From assembly GCA_963813715.1 (NCBI GenBank), contig CAWFAK010000017.1, positions 832,001 to 896,000 of the forward strand: a DNA stretch of 64,000 nucleotides. Reading direction: 5' to 3'. Shown here one piece after another: positions 21,025 to 31,595 of the stretch. This DNA comes from an uncultured Planctomycetaceae bacterium (GTDB lineage Bacteria; Planctomycetota; Planctomycetia; Planctomycetales; Planctomycetaceae). How positions within the stretch are numbered: position 1 is the stretch's first letter; each line of letters starts with the position of its first letter. The notes beneath the pieces were generated by a model that was not told the origin of the DNA, searched no databases, and saw only the letters and a program-made list of their open reading frames with translations. Made by a program: the position numbers and the translations under genes.

Positions 21025-22376
21025 CCTGCAATTCCTGGCTCGAGGACGTGGCCCGTCTTCCGTCCGCGTGGCTCGTCGCTGCCGCCTTTTGTTTCCGGCA
21101 TCATCGTCAGGAAGACTGTGGCGGCCAGCGCGGCGATTCCGGCGAAAACTAAGAAGAAGCCGTTATACCCCAAGTGCTCCGCCAGAAAACCGGCCCCCAG
21201 CGGCCCAATCACGCCGCCGACCGCCAGGGCCGTCGCGATCAGGCCGGAGAGGGCATTAAAGCCGCCCTTCCCTTTCGTCAAATCCGCGCAGATGGCCACG
21301 ATCACCACACCGTAGATGCCCGCCCCGATCCCGTCAAAGGCCTGCAGCGCGACCAGCACCCAAGGATTGCTCGTCAGCGTATAGAGCAAAATGCGGATCG
21401 GTAGCGCCAGGAAGCCGATCGCAAACACGGGCTTGCGGCCCCAACGGTCGCAGAGGAAACCGGCGGCGACGGCGATCGGAATCATCACGGCCTGCGCGAC
21501 CAGCACGACGGCAGCCACCTGCACGTGGCTGCCCCCGAGCTGCTTGATGTAGGCTCCCAGAAAGGGCATCACCGGGGCATTGGCAAGGTGGAACAGAGCG
21601 GTCGCCGCCAAGAGCACGATCACCCGCCGATCGTGCAGCAATTGCCGCAGTCCCCCACGGCCGTCTTTCGCGTCGCCGGCTCCCGTCGCTCGCTTTTCGT
21701 CAATCTCTTTCTCGCGGATCACGAAGACCGAAGCCGCCGCCAAAATCGAAACGGCCGTCACCGCGAAAAAGACGGACGTCAGGCCGAGGGCACCCACGAG
21801 CACCATCGCCAATACGGCGGACGCCAGATTTCCCGCATGATTCCAGCCTTGGTTGTGTCCCATCACGCGACTGAGCGCCGCGTGTCCCACGAGCCCCAAC
21901 GCCAGTGCCCCCAAGAGCGGAGCGAAGAACGCCTGGGAGACGCCAGCGATAAACAGCAGCGGATCGAGCGCGAAGGACGAAGCCGGCACGAGCGGCAATA
22001 GGCCGTACGCAAGTCCCAGGATCAGCGAAGCCCCGGCCAACAGCGTTCGCCGCTGGCAGACTCGGTCGGTGATCATCCCGGCGGGAGTCTGCATCAAGAA
22101 CACACCCAACCCCGCGCAAGAGATAGCCAGCCCAATCGCCACCTCCGACCACTTCTGCTCTTTCAAGTAATCGCCCAGGAAGGGCATGACGACGCCCGTC
22201 ACCTCGGCGAGGAAGAAGTTGGCCGCATTGAGGCCGATGACACTCTGCCGAGAAACCGGGGGCACGGCGGCTTCGGCACGCTCCGATTTCGCTCCGTCCG
22301 CTTCAAAGTCCAAAGGCGCCGCCAGAGCTGTATTCACGGGGGCTCCCTGCCCACTCGGTGGGCGATTCGTTCCCAC
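21021..22376 (-). CDS. MFS transporter (start uncertain)
   Basis: About 12 TM segments; LNAANFFLAE, WNHAGN, LFHLANA, DRWGRKP. Confidence 0.88.
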   Translation of the reverse strand: MGTNRPPSGQGAPVNTALAAPLDFEADGAKSERAEAAVPPVSRQSVIGLNAANFFLAEVTGVVMPFLGDYLKEQKWSEVAIGLAISCAGLGVFLMQTPAGMITDRVCQRRTLLAGASLILGLAYGLLPLVPASSFALDPLLFIAGVSQAFFAPLLGALALGLVGHAALSRVMGHNQGWNHAGNLASAVLAMVLVGALGLTSVFFAVTAVSILAAASVFVIREKEIDEKRATGAGDAKDGRGGLRQLLHDRRVIVLLAATALFHLANAPVMPFLGAYIKQLGGSHVQVAAVVLVAQAVMIPIAVAAGFLCDRWGRKPVFAIGFLALPIRILLYTLTSNPWVLVALQAFDGIGAGIYGVVIVAICADLTKGKGGFNALSGLIATALAVGGVIGPLGAGFLAEHLGYNGFFLVFAGIAALAATVFLTMMPETKGGSDEPRGRKTGHVLEPGIAG

Positions 22377-22509
22377 TCGACGTCGCCCGCGGTGCCGACT
22401 TCAACAAAACACGCATTTCAAGGGTCGCGGTCCGAGCATCGAGATGATGCGCGGGAACAATGCAAAGGGCATACCGGGAGGCGCGGCTCCACCGATTGGA
22501 GCGATGGCG

Positions 22510-22605
22510 CGGCGTCCGGCTGTTCGCCGGTCCGCATGAAGCCGTGCCCGGCTCCGCGATAAATCACGGAATCGAACTTCTTGCCCGCGGTCCGCGACTC
22601 GCGGA
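22510..22605 (-). pseudogene. Remnant of a dienelactone hydrolase C-terminus
   Basis: AGKKFDSVIYRGAGHGFMRTGEQPDA versus AGKTYEPVTYRGAGHGFMRTGEQPGA in the intact gene about 1.1 kb away. Confidence 0.75.
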
Positions 22606-22642
22606 TCAGTGACCGATCCATCCGCTTCGACACAACCGCGTG

Positions 22643-23470
22643 CTACCGCTTCGAGCCCGCCCCTGCGGGAACGCTCTTCGCGCGTCTCGAGAGGGGTTGT
22701 GCCAGAGTCGACGCCAACTCCATCTCCCAGAGCTGAGGGAGAACCTTCTTGAGCTCCTTGGCATTCCGCGCGTCGACCTTGTTTCGTTGCGACCACCGGA
22801 TCATGCGCCCGGCATAGTCCTGGTATGGCAGTAGTATCCCTTCCTGCCAGGCGGACGCGAGATAGAGCTGATATCGGCTTTCGCAGACGATGGGGAGTTC
22901 GACGACCCGGCACAGCGGGAGGCTCAGCACGTCGCACATCCCCTCAGCCCACATCGCGCCGCCTTGGCGCAGTGGCTTGGCCGCGAGAAAAGCATGCGGG
23001 ATCTGGATCGTGAGGCACTCTTCCGGCTCTTGTCTGCGCTTGCGGTAACTCCAAGGGATATTGATGAACGGCCAGCTCTCATTGGGAAACCCATTCTTCC
23101 AGCCGTTTTCAAACGACCAGACCGGATCGCAATCCCGCCCCCCTTCGTCGCTCGGATGGCGAAATCCAATCACAACTCGTTGGCCGAAGGTTTTGACCGG
23201 GTTAATCCCCGTCATTTCTCGCAGCCGATTCCAGGCAGTCTGAATTTGCTTGACGACGACCCGCGCTCGCTGGAACTCCGCGCGAGGAAAGACGAACACC
23301 AGGTCGTCAGTCCGCACGACTCCGTCGCATTTGCTGTATCGGATATGCCAGCAGGAGTCTTCTCTGTCCTCCGCGGTTCGCTGATAGGCCGCGAAGTTAA
23401 GTTCGTCGGCTTGGACCGCGGTCGTAGCAATCACACAAACCGCCAAAGCTGGGAGCGCAGCGATTCGCAC
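22643..23470 (-). CDS. Secreted hypothetical protein, possibly a degenerate gluzincin metallopeptidase
   Basis: Signal peptide ending AVQA; CLTIQIPHAF...WAEG resembles HExxH...WxxEG with H and E lost. Confidence 0.6.
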   Translation of the reverse strand: MRIAALPALAVCVIATTAVQADELNFAAYQRTAEDREDSCWHIRYSKCDGVVRTDDLVFVFPRAEFQRARVVVKQIQTAWNRLREMTGINPVKTFGQRVVIGFRHPSDEGGRDCDPVWSFENGWKNGFPNESWPFINIPWSYRKRRQEPEECLTIQIPHAFLAAKPLRQGGAMWAEGMCDVLSLPLCRVVELPIVCESRYQLYLASAWQEGILLPYQDYAGRMIRWSQRNKVDARNAKELKKVLPQLWEMELASTLAQPLSRRAKSVPAGAGSKR

Positions 23471-23536
23471 GGACGGAGCCTCGGTTTGTCAGTGCCGGTG
23501 CCGGTGCCCAGCGCGGCGAGCCCCGGACTATCTCGC

Positions 23537-24304
23537 TTAAACCTTTGAAAGGATCTGTTTCACGCGCTGCCAGGCCTCGGTGCGCGCTTTCGCGTTGTCT
23601 GGGATCGCACCCGGCTGCTCACCGGTCCGCATGAACCCGTGGCCCGCCCCGCGATAAGTCACGGGCTCGTACGTCTTGCCCGCGTCCGCGGCGAAGCGTT
23701 TGGTGGCATCGACCGTGACCGTGATCCGCATGTCCTTCTCGCCATAAAATCCGTAGACCGGGCAATGCAGGTCCGAGATCTGCGGCTGCTGCGGCGGACG
23801 ACCGTAGAAGACGAAGGCCGCCGCAAGATCCTTGCGATGAGCGGCGTAGGAAAAGGCCATGCCGCCGCCCCAACAGAAACCCGCGACGACCACCTTGCCG
23901 TTGGCAGCGGGGAGACGCTTGGCGTAGTCGAAGGCGGCGTCGAGATCGGTCATCACCTGCTTTTCGGGCAGGCTCGAAATCTGGCGGAGAGGCTCGCCGC
24001 CCTTCGGGTGGCCGGACAGAAAGTCGGGTGCGATGGCGATGTAGCCGGCGGCGGCGAATTCATCAACGGCCAGCTTGGCCCAGTCGGTCAGGCCGAAGAT
24101 CTCGTAGACCACGAGCACGGTCGTCGCCTTGTGAGCAACCTCGGGATAGGCCACGAAGGCTTCCACATTGCGCGATCCCGAGCGGATGTTGACGTATTCG
24201 CCGTGCCGGGACGATTTGGCGAGTTTCTCCTTGGCCCAATCCTGGGCGACCGCGCTCGACACGGTCAACCCGCACACTGCCGCCAACACAAGTGCTCGAC
24301 GCAT
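23537..24304 (-). CDS. Secreted dienelactone hydrolase family protein
   Basis: Signal peptide; EIFGL, APDFLSG, GFCWGG nucleophile elbow, YGEKD, AGHGFMR. Confidence 0.92.
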   Translation of the reverse strand: MRRALVLAAVCGLTVSSAVAQDWAKEKLAKSSRHGEYVNIRSGSRNVEAFVAYPEVAHKATTVLVVYEIFGLTDWAKLAVDEFAAAGYIAIAPDFLSGHPKGGEPLRQISSLPEKQVMTDLDAAFDYAKRLPAANGKVVVAGFCWGGGMAFSYAAHRKDLAAAFVFYGRPPQQPQISDLHCPVYGFYGEKDMRITVTVDATKRFAADAGKTYEPVTYRGAGHGFMRTGEQPGAIPDNAKARTEAWQRVKQILSKV

Positions 24305-24581
24305 CGAATTCTCCCTAAGGTGTCCCACTGCGTTCCGACTTCCGGTAGGCCAATCCACGGTGCGGCCGAAAGAATCAGTATGCTTTGCCTCTCGCAGGGA
24401 GGCAACCGGGAACACTAGACAAGCGCACGGGCCTCGCCGAGGGAGTTCCGCTCATCGCCGGGTGCTCGCGCCGTCGATTTCGACCCGCGCCGAACATCGG
24501 TTACAATGCGAGCCCTCTCGCGGGCGAGGCTTCTCGCTAAACGACTTTCCGATCGCGCTTCTCGAGATCGTGCCGTTACCG

Positions 24582-25673
24582 ATGCCCACTGCCCTCTTGA
24601 CTGGTTTTCCCGGCTTCCTCGCGTCGGCGTTCCTGCCCGATTTCCTTTCGCGCACCGACGCCCAGACCCGCGTCACCTGCCTCGTGCAATCGCATTTTCG
24701 CGCGATGGCTGAAGACCGGGCCCGCCGGATCGCTGACCGGCATCCGGAATGGAAGGACCGCATTCAAATCGTCGAGGGCGATATCACGCAACCGCAACTC
24801 GCCCTCAAGGACGGCATCAAGGAGCTGCAGGCCGAGACGCACGAGGTCTATCACTTCGCCGCCATCTACGACCTGGCAGTGCCTCGACCGCTCGGCATGC
24901 GGATCAACGTCGATGGGACGCGGCACGTGCTGGATTTCATCGCCGGCTGCCCCGCCTTCGATCGCCTGCACTATGTCAGCACGTGTTACGTTAGCGGTCG
25001 GCACCCAGGCGCGTTTACGGAGCGCGATCTGTCTGTCTGCCAGCGGTTCAACAACTACTACGAAGAAACAAAGTACTTGGCCGAGGTCGATGTCCAGGAG
25101 CGGATGAAGCACGGGCTGAGCACGACGATCTACCGCCCCTCGATCGTCGTCGGCGACAGCAAAACCGGCGAAACGCAAAAGTACGATGGCCCGTATGGTG
25201 CGCTTCGCTACCTCGTCAGCTGGAAAAAGACGGCCCCGATGTCGACCGTGGGCAATCCCAAGAAGTTCCACGTCAATTTTACCCCGCGCGATTTTGTGGT
25301 CGCCGCGCTGTGCCGGCTGAGTGCCCTTCCCCAGTCGCGAGGCAAGGTCTACCAGCTCTGTGATCCGGAGCCGCCGACGGTGGCCGAGATTTATGAGATC
25401 TTCTCGCAAGCCACCGGCCGCCGCGTGTTGCAGATTCCAACCTGGGCCCCCTTGATGAAGGGGCTGTTGCGGATCCCGGGAGCTGCGAAGGCCACGCATA
25501 TCACGCCCGAGTCGATCGACTATTTCACGCATCCGACCGCGTACACGTGCGAAAACACGCTGGCCGATCTCGCCGGCACCGGCCTGAGCTGCCCGCGTTT
25601 CCGCGATTACGCGCCGATGCTCGTCCGCTTTATGCAGGAACATCCGGAAGTCAGCGACAAAGCCATGCATTGA
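24582..25673 (+). CDS. Extended SDR / thioester-reductase-like NAD(P)-dependent oxidoreductase
   Basis: [38 protein letters not shown]. Confidence 0.88.
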   Translation: MPTALLTGFPGFLASAFLPDFLSRTDAQTRVTCLVQSHFRAMAEDRARRIADRHPEWKDRIQIVEGDITQPQLALKDGIKELQAETHEVYHFAAIYDLAVPRPLGMRINVDGTRHVLDFIAGCPAFDRLHYVSTCYVSGRHPGAFTERDLSVCQRFNNYYEETKYLAEVDVQERMKHGLSTTIYRPSIVVGDSKTGETQKYDGPYGALRYLVSWKKTAPMSTVGNPKKFHVNFTPRDFVVAALCRLSALPQSRGKVYQLCDPEPPTVAEIYEIFSQATGRRVLQIPTWAPLMKGLLRIPGAAKATHITPESIDYFTHPTAYTCENTLADLAGTGLSCPRFRDYAPMLVRFMQEHPEVSDKAMH

Positions 25674-25774
25674 CGGCCGTCTTCGGCAAGCAACCCGGCT
25701 CCCGGCGCGGTTTTTGCAGTCGTCTGGGGCGGGATTTGCGCCCGGATTGTCGCCGCTTTTTCCCGCGAGTGCGC

Positions 25775-27613
25775 ATGAGTTATCAGCCGATCGAAAACTA
25801 CGGCATCATCGGGAACATGCGGACCGCCGCTCTGGTCAGCATGCAAGGGTCGATCGACTGGTTCTGCTTCCCGCACTTCGATTCGCCGAGCGTCTTCGCC
25901 CGCATCCTCGACGACAAAAAGGGTGGCCACTTCAGCCTCGGCTCGACTCACAAGGACGCGCGACACAAGCAAGTCTATTGGCCTGATACCAACGTGCTCG
26001 TCACGCGGTTCCTCTCGCCCAACGGCGTCGGCGAAGTTCAGGATTTCATGCCGATCCTGGGACGTTCGGCCGGGAACGAAAACAGTCGCCTCATCCGCCG
26101 GGTGCGCGTGTCGCGGGGCGAAATGGAGTTCCGCGTCGACTGCGAGCCGGCCTTCGACTACGCCCGCGCCACGCATGAAACGGAACGCCAGGAGTACGGC
26201 GTCATTTTTCGCTCGGACGGGCTCACGCTGGCGCTTTCGACCTCCGTCCCGCTGCAGCGCGACAAGCGCAGCGCGCATGCCACGTTTCGTTTGCGCGAAG
26301 GCGAATCGACCGTCTTCGTGCTGCGGGAACTGCGCAACGACGAACAATGCATCAAGGCGCCCGACGAACACGAAAGCGACGAACTGTTCCAGAAGACCGT
26401 GCAATACTGGCGGAACTGGCTCGCGCAATGCCAGTACGTCGGCCGTTGGCGGGACATCGTCTATCGGGCGGCCCTTACGCTCAAGCTTTTGACCTTCGAG
26501 CCGACCGGAGCGATCGTCGCCGCGGCGACCTGCAGCCTGCCGGAAAAAATCGGCGGTCCGCGGAACTGGGACTATCGCTACACCTGGATCCGCGATGCGG
26601 CCTTTTCACTCTACGGTTTGTTACGGCTCGGCTTCACCTCCGAAGCGTCCGACTTCATGGGCTGGCTCGATGCCCGCTATCGCGAGCAACAAGGGGAGGG
26701 CATGCCGCTCGGCGTGCTCTACGGGATCGACGGCCGCAGCGATATTCCCGAAACCACGCTCGATCATCTCGACGGTTACCGTGGTTCGCGACCCGTGCGG
26801 ATCGGCAACGCCGCCTACGGCCAGATTCAGCTCGATATTTTCGGCGAGCTGTTCGATTCCGTGTACTTGTTCAACAAGTACGGCTCTCCGATTTCCTACG
26901 ACGGCTGGAAACATTTGCGCTCGCTGCTCGAGTGGCTCTGCGACAACTGGCAGCAGCCCGACGACGGCATCTGGGAGGTCCGCGGCGGAAGGCACGACTT
27001 CGTCTATTCGCGCCTGATGTGCTGGGTTGCCCTCGATCGGGGCCTGCGCCTGGCCGACAAGCGATCGTTCCCGGCCGACCGGAGCCGCTGGCTCAAAGTC
27101 CGCGACACGATCTACGAAGAGATTCTCACCAAGGGCTGGTCGGACAAGCGGCAGTCGTTCATCCAGTCCTACGGCAGCGACTACCTCGACGCGTCGGCCC
27201 TGATCATGCCGCTCGTCTTCTTCATGGCGCCCAACGATCCGAAGATGTTGAAGACGATCGATGCCATCCGCAAACATCCGGCCGACGGAGGGCTGACGTC
27301 GGACGGGTTGGTGCATCGTTACGACGTCCAACGCTCGCCCGACGGCGTTTTCGGCGAAGAGGGCACGTTCAACATGTGCAGCTTCTGGCTCGTCGAAGCG
27401 CTCACGCGAGCCGGCCGAACCGATCCCAAGCACCTCGAACGGGCCCGGCTGCTATTCGAGCGGATGCTGGGACACGCCAACCACCTGGGCCTCTACGCCG
27501 AAGAAACGGGCCCCAGCGGCGAGGCTCTGGGAAATTTCCCGCAGGCGTTCACCCACCTGGCGCTGATCAGTGCCGCGTTCAATCTCGACCGCAGCCTGGG
27601 CACCCGCGGCTGA
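25775..27613 (+). CDS. Glycoside hydrolase family 15 (trehalase/glucoamylase-like)
   Basis: [49 protein letters not shown]. Confidence 0.94.
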   Translation: MSYQPIENYGIIGNMRTAALVSMQGSIDWFCFPHFDSPSVFARILDDKKGGHFSLGSTHKDARHKQVYWPDTNVLVTRFLSPNGVGEVQDFMPILGRSAGNENSRLIRRVRVSRGEMEFRVDCEPAFDYARATHETERQEYGVIFRSDGLTLALSTSVPLQRDKRSAHATFRLREGESTVFVLRELRNDEQCIKAPDEHESDELFQKTVQYWRNWLAQCQYVGRWRDIVYRAALTLKLLTFEPTGAIVAAATCSLPEKIGGPRNWDYRYTWIRDAAFSLYGLLRLGFTSEASDFMGWLDARYREQQGEGMPLGVLYGIDGRSDIPETTLDHLDGYRGSRPVRIGNAAYGQIQLDIFGELFDSVYLFNKYGSPISYDGWKHLRSLLEWLCDNWQQPDDGIWEVRGGRHDFVYSRLMCWVALDRGLRLADKRSFPADRSRWLKVRDTIYEEILTKGWSDKRQSFIQSYGSDYLDASALIMPLVFFMAPNDPKMLKTIDAIRKHPADGGLTSDGLVHRYDVQRSPDGVFGEEGTFNMCSFWLVEALTRAGRTDPKHLERARLLFERMLGHANHLGLYAEETGPSGEALGNFPQAFTHLALISAAFNLDRSLGTRG

Positions 27614-27679
27614 GGCAACTTTCGCGCGGGAATCCGTTTCCCGGACTGCCCGCACCGACGGGTCGGGTTGATTCATCCC

Positions 27680-27703
27680 ACCAACCCGAAGCGTCAGCGA
27701 GGG
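27680..27703. repeat. REP-like short intergenic element
   Basis: ACCAACCCGAAGCGTCAGCGAGGG between convergent genes; resembles a repeat type I recall from planctomycetes. Single copy here. Confidence 0.45.
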
Positions 27704-27778
27704 CTCTCGGATCCCATCGAATTCCCGCACAGGCTCGCGGCGAGCCATGGGCACGCCGCGGATTACCGCGGAGACGGC

Positions 27779-28522
27779 CTAGCCCGTCCGCCGGCCTCGC
27801 AGCCAGCGCGGCAGCGGAAACGCAAACGTCGTCGGCTCGCAGCCGATAAAGCCGACGTTGAGGAAGTTAGCCATCTGCCGCGCAATGTAGCGGGCGCGGT
27901 TGTAGGTGATGTTCGACAGCAGCACGGTTTGCCGACCTTCTTCGCCATTCGAGCAGACGCAAAACATTGCCTGCTGATTCTGCGCCCATCCCATCGTCAT
28001 TTCGATTGTGCGAATCTCGCGGCGCGGCTGATCCCGATTACCGCGCCAGGGCAGCGGCTGGTGGCGGATGTGGACAAACTCGTCGTCGATGAGAATCCGC
28101 GTCGAGTTCAAAAATCCGGAGATGACGTAATAGGTCAGTCCCACGCCGACGGCCACGTGCAACAGCGGGAATAACAGCGGCATCCACATCATGCCCTGCG
28201 CCGGGCGGGCCAGCGCCATGGCGTACCAAAAGACGAGGAAGCCGTCCCAGAACACGCAAAAGAAGGCCATGAAGATCAAGATCGGGTGAAACCAACTCAG
28301 CCGGATGAAGAGCTCGCCGCCGGGGCCCACTTCCCGCACCACTCCCCCGGGGCAACCCAGCTCCGGCTCCCCCTTGGTCGCCCCGGCCGCCTGTAGATTT
28401 TCGATCGAGAGCCGAAAGATCCGATTGCAATTGCCGCACTTGGCGACGAGTGCCGCAATATTGATGTCGGCCGCCGGCACCAGAGCGTGGCAGCCGGGAC
28501 AATGAACGCTCTGAGGCTCCAT
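27779..28522 (-). CDS. Zn-ribbon-containing membrane protein (hypothetical)
   Basis: CPGC...CGNC N-terminus followed by two TM helices. Confidence 0.8.
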   Translation of the reverse strand: MEPQSVHCPGCHALVPAADINIAALVAKCGNCNRIFRLSIENLQAAGATKGEPELGCPGGVVREVGPGGELFIRLSWFHPILIFMAFFCVFWDGFLVFWYAMALARPAQGMMWMPLLFPLLHVAVGVGLTYYVISGFLNSTRILIDDEFVHIRHQPLPWRGNRDQPRREIRTIEMTMGWAQNQQAMFCVCSNGEEGRQTVLLSNITYNRARYIARQMANFLNVGFIGCEPTTFAFPLPRWLRGRRTG

Positions 28523-28618
28523 ACGCCAAAGAGAATAGCGGACGCCCCTTGTTTCACAAGCGGAAGTTTCTAGCCGCCGTGCGACATCACGGCCAGGCGC
28601 CGCGCAAAGCGGCCGCCC

Positions 28619-28647
28619 TTGACGGCATTTCGACCAAACCGTAAGTT
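28619..28647 (+). promoter_or_regulatory. sigma70-type promoter for tRNA-Val
   Basis: TTGACG-N17-TAAGTT ending 13 nt before the tRNA. Confidence 0.65.
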
Positions 28648-28660
28648 CACGTGAGCCTGC

Positions 28661-28735
28661 GGTCGCTTAGCTCAGTTTGGTTAGAGCGCCACGTTGACAT
28701 CGTGGAGGTCACTGGTTCGAGTCCAGTAGCGACCA
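28661..28735 (+). tRNA. tRNA-Val(GAC), CCA not encoded
   Basis: GGTCGCT TAGCTCAGTTTGGTTAGAGC G CCACG-TTGACAT-CGTGG AGGTC ACTGG-TTCGAGT-CCAGT AGCGACC A. Confidence 0.97.
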
Positions 28736-28762
28736 CTCGCCCGCTTCAGGCGCACGTCCTGG

Positions 28763-28794
28763 GAACCCCGAGCCGATCGGGGTTTTCTGTTTTT
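28763..28794 (+). terminator. Intrinsic terminator after tRNA-Val
   Basis: GAACCCCGA...TCGGGGTTT stem followed by TCTGTTTTT. Confidence 0.7.
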
Positions 28795-28869
28795 GCGAAA
28801 CGCCTCTGTGCCCGCGACTGGAGGTGAGGACGCGGGGCACTCGAGAGTGCAACGCGGTCAAGGTGCGTC

Positions 28870-30302
28870 GTGTCCGCCACCCAGTTTCAACTCGACGACA
28901 CGATCGGCGCGCTGGCTTCGGCGGCTGGGCCGACTGTTCGGGGAATTGTTCGAATTAGCGGCCCCCGCGCGCTCGAGAGTTTAAACGGTTGGTTCGAGCC
29001 CGCGGACTTCGAGCGTTGGCAATCGGCCCACGGAGCGACAGCTCATGCGGGCGGACTGCGGCTCGACGGGTTGCGGTCGCCGCTGGGCGTTACCGTCTAT
29101 ACGTGGCCCAACGGGCGCAGTTACACGGGCCAGCCGCTGGTGGAGATTCATGCCCCAGGGTCGCCGGCGCTCTTGGAAGCCATTTTGGCCCGGTCGTTCG
29201 CGGCGGGAGTGCGGCCCGCGCAGCCGGGTGAATTTACCTTGCGGGCGTTTCTGGCTGGCCGAATGGACCTGCTGCAGGCCGAGGCGGTGCTCGGCGTGAT
29301 CGATGCCGCGGGCGAGGACGCGCTGGCGATCGCGCTGCGGCAGTTGGCGGGCGGGATTTCCGGCCGCATGATGCAGGTTCGGGCCGACTTGATCGATCTC
29401 TTGGCCGACCTGGAGGCGGGGCTCGATTTTGTTGAGGACGGCATCGAGTTTGTCTCGCGGGCCGACTTGGCGGCGCGAATCGGTCACGCTCAATCGACGG
29501 TCGGCGAACTCTTGGTGCAGTGCCAATCGCGGGCTCAGTCGCAGGGTCGGCGTCGCGTCGTTCTGGCCGGACTGCCGAATGCCGGCAAAAGCACGCTGTT
29601 TAACGCCCTGCTCTCTCGCGACGCGGCACTTGTTTCCGCGGTCGCCGGCACCACTCGCGATTATCTGAGCGGATCCGTCGACTGGTCGGGGGTGGCCGTC
29701 GAGCTGATCGATACGCCCGGCTGGGAGTTTTTTGATGCGACCGATCGGGAAGCGGGCGATACCAGTGGTTTCGCGCGTGAATTGACGCGAAGGGCGCAGG
29801 AGCTCGGGGGCGAGCAGCGCGACCAGGCCGACCTCGTGCTTTGGTGTTCGGCGGCCAACGCTGGTGCAACGGAGCAGCGGGACGATTTCGAGCTGCGTCG
29901 AAGGGCAATCGACAGCGGTCGCCCATGGTGTTGGTCGAGACGAAGTCCGACTTGCGTGAGCCGTGTGCGAATCTCGACGCTGTTGGCAGCTCGCTGCCGG
30001 TTAGTGCGAAAACGGGAGCCGGGCTGGACGAGTTGGTTGAACGCTGCGCCCGATTGCTGAGCGACGCGTTGCCGGACCGTGGGGATGTAATCGGGACCAC
30101 GGCCGCACGCTGTCGCGAAAGCCTGTCCGCCTGTCGCGATGCGCTCGGACGCTCTCTGTCGGCGGCCGAGTCAAACCGAGGCGACGAAATCCTGGCACTT
30201 GAGCTGCGCGAGGCGCTCGAGCATTTGGGGCGTGTGCTGGGGACGGTCTACACGGACGACATTCTCGACCGCCTCTTCAGCCGCTTCTGCATCGGCAAGT
30301 GA
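28870..30302 (+). CDS. mnmE: tRNA modification GTPase MnmE/TrmE (frameshift near 29925)
   Basis: GIVRISG, GEFTLRAF, GLPNAGKSTL, GTTRD, DTPG; second frame has TKSD, VSAKTG and terminal FSRFCIGK. Confidence 0.94.
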
Positions 30303-30335
30303 CTGGCGGCCGCGAGCGTCGACGGCCGCCGTTGT

Positions 30336-31559
30336 TCACTCGGACGTCGGCTGGGAGCTGCGAGCGGTGCGGACCCACGTATTCTCGCGACGAAAGGGAA
30401 ACGTTGCATAGAGCGGCAGCTTCATCACCACGTAGACGGGCACGCTGAGCAAGAAGCGAAATGGAATCTGGTCCCGGGCGAACCACCACCAGGCCAGTGC
30501 GATAGAGACGGCCAACAGACCGAGCGCGGCCGCGCTCACCAACGCGGGCATACCGCCGGCGCCCAGGGCGAACGCTGCCAGACCCGCCATCAAGCAGGCC
30601 AGGTTGAGCGCAACGACGAGTGAAAGCGGCGGCACCGCCAAGTCGACGAGCATGGCCGCCAACCCAATGCGGCCGGTCCGCACAAACGCCCGCGCCAGGC
30701 GGGGAACCTGGCTCAAGAGAGTGTGCAAATGGCCGTGCTCCCAACGGCGTCGCTGACTGGTGAACGCGGCCGCTCGGTCCGGCAAGGCGGCAAATAACAC
30801 CGCCTCGTCGCAATAGGACGGCGGCGAACCGGCGAGCGCCAAATCGACTGCCAGCTGCATGTCTTCGACGATGTTGCCTCCCTCGAAAGAACGCGATTGC
30901 AAGGCCGCCCACGGGAACGCAGAACCCGAGCCGGTGATCAGGCAGGGAAATCCGAGCCGGGCCATCGCCAACGGCCGTACGCGGTTCTTGACGAGCACGG
31001 CGAGCGCGGAGACGACGTCGACCGCTCGCGGCTCAGCCGGCGCGGTCATGAGATAGCACGCCTGGGCCGGACGACTCGTGGCGGCCGCGTGAGCGACGAG
31101 CGCGTCGAGACAGCCGGGCACAAGCCGGCAATCGGCATCGACGACAACGACAAATTCCGGCGGGCTTCCGGCCGACAAATGTGCCAGGCCAGCCTGAAGA
31201 GCGAAGCCTTTGCCGCGCTGATCGAGGTGCGTGCGCTCGACCACTTCGGTTCCGTCCTCACGGGCGACACGAGCCGTGTCATCGGTGCAATTGTCGGCCA
31301 CGACGACGAGCCGATCGCCCGGCTGCATTTGCGACGAAAGCGATTCGATCGTGCCGCGGATCCCCAGTGCCTCGTTATGGGCGGGGACCAAGAGCGCGCA
31401 GGCCGGACGAACTTGACCGAGCCCGGCCGTTTGCTCCCGATCTAAACGACGACGCTTTGGGAGCGCTGCGACAGCCACTTGCCCCGCAATCACCAGCGCG
31501 GGCCACGCGACCAGCAGCGCCGCCGCCGTTAACCCGGCCGTGATCCAGAGCATTGCCAA
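30336..31559 (-). CDS. GT2-family membrane glycosyltransferase
   Basis: VPAHNE, ADNCTD, DADC, IVED, QRRRW motifs plus TM segments. Confidence 0.92.
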   Translation of the reverse strand: MAMLWITAGLTAAALLVAWPALVIAGQVAVAALPKRRRLDREQTAGLGQVRPACALLVPAHNEALGIRGTIESLSSQMQPGDRLVVVADNCTDDTARVAREDGTEVVERTHLDQRGKGFALQAGLAHLSAGSPPEFVVVVDADCRLVPGCLDALVAHAAATSRPAQACYLMTAPAEPRAVDVVSALAVLVKNRVRPLAMARLGFPCLITGSGSAFPWAALQSRSFEGGNIVEDMQLAVDLALAGSPPSYCDEAVLFAALPDRAAAFTSQRRRWEHGHLHTLLSQVPRLARAFVRTGRIGLAAMLVDLAVPPLSLVVALNLACLMAGLAAFALGAGGMPALVSAAALGLLAVSIALAWWWFARDQIPFRFLLSVPVYVVMKLPLYATFPFRRENTWVRTARSSQPTSE

Positions 31560-31595
31560 AAGTTCCGCGGCGTTCGCAGGGGACGCGCCGATGTC

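Noticed and set aside
28661..28870. tRNA-Val as an integration site
   Set aside because: Followed directly by a terminator and housekeeping mnmE; no integrase or duplicated 3' end in the window.
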